In this document: positions 55,933 to 64,000 of the stretch, piece by piece
How the letters are laid out: the number at the start of each line of letters is the position of its first letter
How positions within the stretch are numbered: position 1 is the first letter of the stretch
Assembly: GCA_964304625.1 (NCBI GenBank)
Contig: OZ199840.1
Coordinates: forward strand, 10,301,220 to 10,365,219
Direction: 5' to 3'
DNA: 64,000 nucleotides
Source of the DNA: Kudoa neothunni
Taxonomy: Eukaryota > Animalia > Cnidaria
Translations under genes and position numbers: made by a program
The notes under the pieces: model-generated
Told to the model about the DNA's origin: nothing
The model's database searches: none
What the model saw: the letters and a program-made list of their open reading frames with translations, nothing else

Positions 55933-56582
55933 TTAAACTACCTTATTTATTTTCAAAATACTCTGTGAACAACAAAAAATTATTACAACAAATTTTTCAC
56001 ATCTCTATGTTTTAATTAGTACAACGAGAGAGTAAATAAAAAAGGCACGAAAAAGTAAACTGGCGCACGCGCAATTGGTGGATATTAAATAGGGCGGGGT
56101 TATTTCGCACTCGAGTCTTTGTCCCAAAAAACTGCATAATATCCCTGCACAACTGTATTCAATTTTATCGTTTTTAATAAGTTTTTAAAGCCAAATTTTT
56201 AACTGTATTTAATTTATCTTGAATTATAATTATTAAAGTTTAACTACAAAAATATATATTATTTCATTTAATAAGCTATTGTAAATATATGCATATACAT
56301 TACACCCTTAGAGAATAAAAAACTTTACTAATATAAAGGAGTAAAAGTTGGATTATATGTTTAATATTTAAAAATAATTTAAATAATAAGAATAGAAATG
56401 AAATATTTCTTGTTATATAACTGTGAATAATTTTTCTAAAAATATAGGTATTTACTAACATAAATCTGTATTGCTGTCTCAGGCACGCAACAAAACATTC
56501 CTTGAAGAATAGTACCTACATGGTACAATAAATAAACGACGAAATAGATATAGTAAAATAAGTTGAAGTTTAATGATGCTTT

Positions 56583-58666
56583 TTATTGTCTTGTGGGTTT
56601 CCTTTTTGTTTTTAAGCAGACAAAAGTTACGATTCCGAACACAAATATAACACCAAGAGCGACCCCTATTCCAATTCCAGCTTTTTTGCCAGTGGACATC
56701 CCCTCTGTTGAAGGGGTGGTAGATGATACATCAGAACTAGTAGTGGACGCAGATTCACTGGTTGATGTTTCGTCAGTAGAACCGGTTTCCGTTGTAGTAG
56801 TTAAGGTTGATGTTGAAGGACTATTAGATCAAATGAGTATTTAATAGGACTTTTAAGGTAAATGAGAATACGTGGTTGTAGGAGTACTTGGCTGTTCCTC
56901 AAGGATTAAACCAATTCTTGGGTCATGATACATTAATTTATGGTCGGATTTGGCCGGTTCCTCTCTTAAAAACAATTTACATTATGGAGAGGGTTACTAC
57001 ACATTTACTTGTTTTCAATAATCACATCAACTCCACTGTACCCCAAAACATTATCCATCACATATCTCAAGTACACACTTTTGAGGCAGTTTACATTAAA
57101 TTGTTCGATCTAACAAGTCATCAATGTATTCTAGTCGAACAATCTGCTGAAATACTTTAATAGGTTGGTTAGCAGCAGAACACAATACATCCTGGCTAGT
57201 TTGCAAAGCCTTCTTCCAATCGCCTTTAATATCGTCTTGTTTCATCCAAGAAACGTATAACTAAAGTATAATGAGTTATGTTTAGAGGAACTTTTAAAAA
57301 CAACCACCTTTAGTTTCATTTTTGCATCAATTGGCAATGGAGTTTTTAAACCCGCGAAATTTCTTTTTTCCAACGGTTCTAAATCAAGGTCTGGCTGTGC
57401 GGTCACTTTTTCAAACAATTGTTTGCATTTGTCGTCATTAAAGTCACCCACAAATTTTACATTTTTCATCGTAAAGTCTGTTACACATTCGCTGTGAAAT
57501 ACAACCGTGTCAAGCATAACATATTGATTTTTTGGTATGCAAGGGTGAGGAATGTCGTTTTTGACAGTAGATTCCTGTTTAATTTATTTGATTCGATAAA
57601 AAATGTTCAAGAATTATATTATAAAATTCGATACTTGAATGAGTTGTTTGAAGATAAGATAGTTTACCTCTGTAGGAGAGGAACATATGAAACTGTTTGC
57701 TACGATAGTGTAATCTTTATTCTCATATTTAGCTTTGTACATGAGTGGCTCTACAAAGTCTTTGGGGTTTGCAGTGATAAATCCCATGAAAAAAGTCTCA
57801 GGACTGAATAGTAACGTCAGCTCTGGATTAATAACCTAAACAAACTTTATAATAGACACCAATAAAATATACTTTATTTGAGATATCGATGTTGGATAGA
57901 CTAAATGTTAGAATATCTTCAATCATGGAATTGTATGGTTCCACAGGATCTACCCCAGCAATGGCCAAATATTCCTTAATTAATTCACTATCTTGTATTA
58001 TCATGTTCTCAATATTTCCTTTATCTTTCCTGGATACAAATAAAATTTTTGAATATTTGCATAATTGTAAGTATTAATTTGGTTACGATTTTTGAAGCTC
58101 TTTGGTGTAGAATACTTTGAGAAATATTTCATTTGCGGGAACAGATTCAAAACTAGATGTCTTAATATCCTGAACACAATTTTTCACATCAGTGTCTAAT
58201 AAAATATTTTTAATTTTTTTAGCTATAAAAATATTTAAAACATATTACAAGTTAAATCTTAGTTTTCAATAATGGTAGCAAAAATATTAAAGTAATATAG
58301 TATTAAAATGTAAAAAAATATTTTCACATTACAATGGAAGTAAAAATTTTGATGCATATACCTTTGCAATTAAATTCTGAAATCTTTATATTAGTTGATT
58401 GTTGCCCTGAATCGTTCATAGTAGTGTCTACTATATAGCTTATTGCTTTGATTTTATCAACATTCTTCATTAGAACCGCGCCATACTATTTAGTTGAAAT
58501 TCCATTTATATTTTTGTATATTAGATATATTACTTTTTTTGTATTACTATTCGATGTGGCCATCCAGTTGGTTGCTGCCACCAGCCAAAAAAGAATAAAA
58601 TAACAATTTTTAAACCTTTGTTTCAAAATTAAGATATCATATCCCTATAATATAGTGTACTTACAT
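56583..58666 (-). CDS. CD39/NTPDase-like inactive surface protein, paralog C, 492 aa. Exons 58665-58666, 58534-58615, 58362-58485, 58087-58195, 57873-58029, 57635-57835, 57308-57574, 57156-57260, 57009-57109, 56872-56964, 56583-56820
   Basis: Intact spliced ORF: signal peptide, YGAVLMKNVD, YENKDYTIVANSFIC (cf. CD39 YGKDYNVYTHSFLC), HPC, SECVTDF, GDFNDDKC, NFAG, LC, NCLKSVYL, HDPRIG, ~45-aa S/T stalk and TM. Confidence 0.88.
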
Positions 58667-59660
58667 CGTATATGTTCACCCCCACTATATTAGAACTTTA
58701 AGATTAATTAGATTATATTTGTTTAATCTAAATAATAAGTAAATATATTAATATTAGCTATTTATTTTTGTCAGATTAAAATAATCCAAAACATATATAT
58801 TTACCAAAAATATTTTTAAATTACTATTAAACACGGTATTCGATAAAGTAATTTTTATATGTTAAATAAATTATTACTATATCTAAGAATTGTTATTTAG
58901 AAATTAAATTATTACTTTTATTGGGATTATGTTGGGTAATAATAACGTCAGTCACTACAGGTGGAATTGTGAGATTAATCATAATATTACTAAGCAAATT
59001 CAGCCGATTGGATATTGAGAGTAAAATCAATAACCAAACTAACAGGTTGTACACTTGTCGATAATTAATATGGTTATTGTTGTTGGCTAGCAGATATAAA
59101 ACTAATTCTATTTACTTCGCAATAAAGTTCATTTATTATGATAATTTTGTATTGAATAAACCACCTATATTTTATTTTGTTACGTGTAGCATGAACAGTA
59201 CCTATAATTATTTTACATTGAAAGTATATTTTTAAAGTCTTCCATTTATTATTGATTAAGCGATGTTGTTTTTTTGTATTAAAGTATTAAAAACAAAGAC
59301 ACAATGTGTTATTGCATTAATAGCGTTAATTTATAAACAATTCTTGCCAACATATCTATTCTCAAAATTTTTTCCTCAACTCATTATTGATGCTAAGGAA
59401 GATTTCATGAATATTTTTATCGTAGAATCCACCAGATATATTATTTACTCGACATAAAATAACAAATATGTTAAATTATTTGTAATAATATTGGATTATA
59501 TCGGCTAAAATTACCTAGAGCTACTTAACAGTTATTTTAAATAGGATTATATTCGTTTATTTTCAATATCGTTGTACATAATGTGTGCTTCTATCATTCT
59601 TCTCGTAATATTTCTTTTTAAGTCAACTATATTAACACCTACGTGTGTAATATTTATTAG

Positions 59661-61887
59661 CCTTCCGAGCGTCAGAAAATAAACTTTACACAATCCTTCT
59701 ATTGGGGTCCAATGGACCCCACATTTTTTTAACTTAAATGTTGATAAAAATTAAATATGTCATTTACTAGAGTATAAGAGACAAATATTTACAAAATATT
59801 GGAGAATTTTACAATTATAACACCGCCGGTTGTTAACGATGATCGCAGAAACATTTAAAACGTTAAATTAGACATCAAAGTAAACGAGTTTAGCTTCTCA
59901 TTTTTAATATAATGGGGTTTAATAAAAATATATATCATCCACATTAAATAAATCTTAAAAATTGATTCCTTTGTAATTAATTTCGTAATAATCATGCCCA
60001 ATAATACCCGCAATCCATACTGTTCCAAAATACATAAAATGCGAGATATTTATCCTATTTTGGTTGTTTATATTACAAAATACCACGAAAACAACTTTTG
60101 AACTGCTTTCAATACAGATGACTCTACAAACAAAACAAAAAATCCCGGCTTTTCTGTCTCGAGATCTCGAACAACAACAGCATCACTCGCGACACAGAAG
60201 TTTTATTATGCACTTATAACTTAAATCAGCGTGATTTTTGTTTCCCTAAACATATTTCTTTGTCAACCCGTCTTCAAACTCTTCTAGAAGCTTAACTCTT
60301 GAACAATTGAATTCATAGAAAACAGTCATAAAGAAAATATGAATTAACCAAGCTAATACCAACCATAATGAAGAATACTGCTATCTACCGTCGATTCGTT
60401 TACCCTATACACTCATTGTAGCAATAATAGGATCCACTGTTCCTATTCCTTCTTTTTTAACGATTATACTCAAGGTTAACAACAGGTTTTTTCAGTCTGT
60501 ATCTTCAACGTTTGCAATGAACCAGAGGTTGTTAGTATTAAAAATGCTTTACCTTTATAGGAACATAGGAGATTAGTATTAATTTTTGATTAAACAAAAG
60601 TGTAATGAAACTTGCCGTTTTGAATTCATTTTTAGACAATTTGTAATATCTCTTTTATTATTTCAGATTGTTCCAGTCATTCCACCTGTAAGAGATTTTT
60701 GGCAACGGAAACAGAAGTAAAGATATTTCCCCCACATTCCATTAATGATGACACAATATCTCCTCAACATTTTCTGACGTTTCATTATTATTTTTTTCCA
60801 AGTACCAGACACTAATAAGTTATGAGTGTACTTGGTCTTGGGATTTGTAAGGAGAAAATGCTTAATTCGATATATTGCCGAAGAAAAATTTCCCCAGAAT
60901 GCAAATAGCTGCTCGTCAATGGTCAAACTTTCCCGGAGGTAATAAAGTTGGGAACGACAATCTTTCCAACCCTTAAAAATATCACAAATGGTGAAGAATT
61001 TATCCATGATTCTTCATGCTTCTCTGGTTTTGAATTGTTCGTAATGAACGTTCCACGAAATTTGATTAAATCTATTTAATGACATAATCTTTCGAAAAAT
61101 ATCCATTCGATCCCCAACACTCTAGAGCAATTTGAGTCATTCTAATTTAGATTTGAACGTGGGAATACAGTTATGGATTCCTAGATTGACTAATGGATCT
61201 TTTTTTGAAAATTATTAAAATAATTTTGATAATTAAAGTTGAGAAACGTTAATGTTTGAAATAACAGTTGAGAAAATAGATTCACCATAAAATATGAGGG
61301 ATGATCAGCTAAGAAGGTGATTCTGTTTGAAACTTACAAAATTGAACCTGGATATTTTGAAAAATATTTCGTTTAAAGCTTTTAGTTATTTTAAGTTTTT
61401 CAGAAAACCAATTAACACCGCTCTTATCTTCAAAAACATTAGAATAACATAAATATCTAAATTATTAAAGATATAAAATTCATTGATACCGGATTCAAAC
61501 TCATCCAAAATATTATGCTTAGAACCACTTATGGCAATGTTTTACTCTTCAGTAATGATGGGTATTTAACGTATGTATGGTTTTTCCAATTTTTCTCTGT
61601 TTTCTCTTGATAAAATTTTATTTAATTCTCAAAATTGTTGTAAATTATTTTTCTTTGTTGCATGAAAGAATAAAACATGGAGTCCATTGGAACCCAAAAG
61701 AAGGAATGTGTATCTTGATTATTTCGTTACCTGGATGTACTAATTAAAATTTTCTGTTATATTTCAATAGAACTCATATTCTCAGAAGATTAGACGTGAT
61801 CTGAAATTAACTGATGGAACATAATATTCTCTAAAATTGATTCAAACATCCATTGAGGTCCAAGGGACCCCAAAGACGCTCGGATGG
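59661..61887 (-). mobile_element. piggyBac element, heavily decayed transposase
   Basis: TIRs CCTTCCGAGCGTC / GACGCTCGGATGG (12/13), TTAG/TTAA flanks, internal inverted repeats 59694-59721 vs 61678-61705, and an LTIDEQLFAF.G motif. Confidence 0.88.
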
Positions 61888-61892
61888 TTAAA

Positions 61893-62055
61893 CCCATTCA
61901 CGCCTGAAAGTCTTATTTATCATTGAAAAAACTATGTAAATTTAAATAAATAATTTTAACATAAACAAGATGTTTATTTTACTAAAATACCTTCAATATT
62001 TCATAAAAATGGACAATTAATGTTGTCCGTATATTGGACATCCGGCACGCAAGGG
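61893..62055. mobile_element. Small piggyBac-type MITE abutting the previous element
   Basis: CCCATTCACGCCTGA / TCCGGCACGCAAGGG-TTAA imperfect TIRs. Confidence 0.5.
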
Positions 62056-62285
62056 TTAAAATAACCCTCGAATACCTGGAGGTGGCCAATCAGCGATTAT
62101 TATATCAATAACTTTTCCGAAATATTTTGTTTGCTTTTTTCCCCTTGTTGTATTTTGTATTATAATGATGCTTTTAGAAATATTTAAATAATGGAGTTTC
62201 AAGATTAATATTTTGGCTTAAGATTTAATATAGAAAAAATGTTACACATGCCTATCATTTAAATTATAAATAATAAGGTTTTGAT

Positions 62286-62988
62286 CAGTGTTTCCTAACT
62301 TTTTTTCTATCACGCCCCACTTTTGCTTTTAACATGTTCCACGCCCCATACTTTTCAAAAATATTGATTATTCAATTGAAATAATTTATAATTTGGATTC
62401 CAATTTCATATCTCGGTCAAATTTGAAAATAACTAATATATACTTCTTTTCTCATTAAAATTAAAATGTATAAGATCAGATTTAAATTAATTTATCGATG
62501 AATATTAAAAATTAACATTTTTAGTTCTTCATTCTATCAAAAACAGCGTTAAGTGGAACTCATCGTAATCTTGCTCGCATTATGCGAGACTTCCATGTAT
62601 ACGTGCCCGATAAACCCAAAATAATCAATCTAGATATGAAATTAATCAATATTATCAATGGGACAAGATTGGGATTAATACCATTCCGATTCTATTTGGG
62701 TAAGGACTAAGTTAAATGTTATTATATATATATGAAATTGATCGTTGATTTTGAAATTGTTTTCTGATATTAGTAGTAACTCAAAAATAAATGAGATCAT
62801 GAATCAAGGTATTGATTTCGATGTGCCCCACATATCCAATTATCCCATCACTATCCACGCTATATAAATGCTTGGGACTTTACACATCCCACTAGAGGCA
62901 TTCACTAAACGTTTAAAAATTTCTATGCCCCACCAAAATTCTTCCAAGTCCCACCGGTGGGGCGTCGCCCTTGGGTTGAGAAACACTA
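62286..62988. mobile_element. hAT MITE
   Basis: TIRs CAGTGTTTCCTAAC / GTTGAGAAACACTA; decayed 8-bp TSD GTTTTGAT / GTTTAGAC. Confidence 0.75.
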
Positions 62989-63250
62989 GTTTAGACGATT
63001 AATATATATTTTAAAAAGCTTTTCTGCAATCAGATAAACATTATATATATATATGTTTTGGGGGAAATGAATTTTTTAAAATTCATTTTTTTTATAACAA
63101 CTTGATGCTGTTAAATAATTAAATCTGGAATGGGAATCGCGGATAACCTACATAATAAATCAAAAAGTTAAAAACCTACATATACCTCTCTGTTGCTGGT
63201 AGAATAATGAAAATTCGTCGATATTATGTATACAATCTGAGCTATAAATT

Positions 63251-63600
63251 TCACATATGTCTAAGTTGTAGAGTCCATCCTTCAACAATTGCAGAATCTA
63301 CATCTGCGGCCTCGCCATAGAAATTAATTTTTCTTAGACTAAATCGTTTTTTATAGCCCTTAAACCACCAAATAGTCACAATTTCTGGCTTCATATTTTC
63401 AACCGAAAGTTCAGTTCTTTTATTTATGATATTAGATGCGGTGATTTCGATTTTGTTGTCCCTCATTAAACAGATCCAATCATAAACGCGTTGATCATAA
63501 TCAATGTTTGATCCATTATGAATGTTTTTTCTTTTATGTGATTCCAATCCTCTTTCAACAATAGAAATTACTTTCTCTTTCTTTGGAAGAATCCCATTTA
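63251..63600 (-). pseudogene. pogo/Tigger transposase N-terminal (CENP-B HTH) fragment
   Basis: DQRVYDW..R...I..I...WF.GYKKR..L....GEAADVD..V..W is a typical Tigger HTH-to-linker signature. Confidence 0.75.
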
Positions 63601-64000
63601 AGGTGGCAATATTCGAAATTTGGAAATGTTTAATTATCGCTATCTAAGCGTGTTTGAAGAGTAAACTTTCGAAATATTTTATTATTTTGTATTTATCTTC
63701 CAAAGTTCTAACAATTTTATAATTAATTTTTGCCAACTCTATTATTTAATTGATAAAAAACAAAAAATAACCAAAAGACGGTCGAAAAAAATGTGCAAAA
63801 TCGATCAGTCACGTGACAGGCATATCCTCATTTTAACTACTTGAAATTATTTATTTTTAATAAAAATGCTATAAATCTCTACATTTATATTATTTAAATC
63901 TAAATATATACTAAAAATTTCAATATAATAATTTTTTCAAAGGTGTGCCAAATCGGTTGCCTATTGTATAATAATTTTGTTAAATTATAGATCAACAAAA

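Noticed and set aside
56563-58077. Plus-strand ORFs of 62-130 aa
   Set aside because: Antisense to paralog C exons.

Overview
AT-rich eukaryotic (animal-type) genomic DNA. Its GT-AG introns are very short (mostly 36-67 bp), so the ORF track misses or fragments every host gene. I spliced seven genes by hand, checking exon phase and length: Rab14 (9 exons), a secreted LamG/ConA-like protein, a TPR-like orphan, EMC4, and three paralogous ~480-490 aa type I membrane proteins (38.3-40.4 kb, 49.2-51.2 kb, 56.6-58.7 kb). The three paralogs keep the spacing, disulfide cysteines and intron phases of cell-surface CD39/NTPDase (GDA1_CD39 apyrase), but their apyrase conserved regions (ACR1-5) are eroded. 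They have a signal peptide, a Ser/Thr stalk and one C-terminal TM, and all have the start codon split AT|G by an intron. They look like an expanded family of catalytically dead ecto-apyrase-fold surface proteins, which is the main finding. The rest is a layered set of decayed transposons: Ty3/Gypsy, several piggyBac elements and MITEs, hAT, Merlin, Helitron, Tc1/pogo, tRNA-SINEs and a possible Penelope fragment. A myxozoan (cnidarian parasite) source fits the tiny introns, low GC and LamG family, but that is inference. All homology calls are by eye from remembered sequences; no searches were run.
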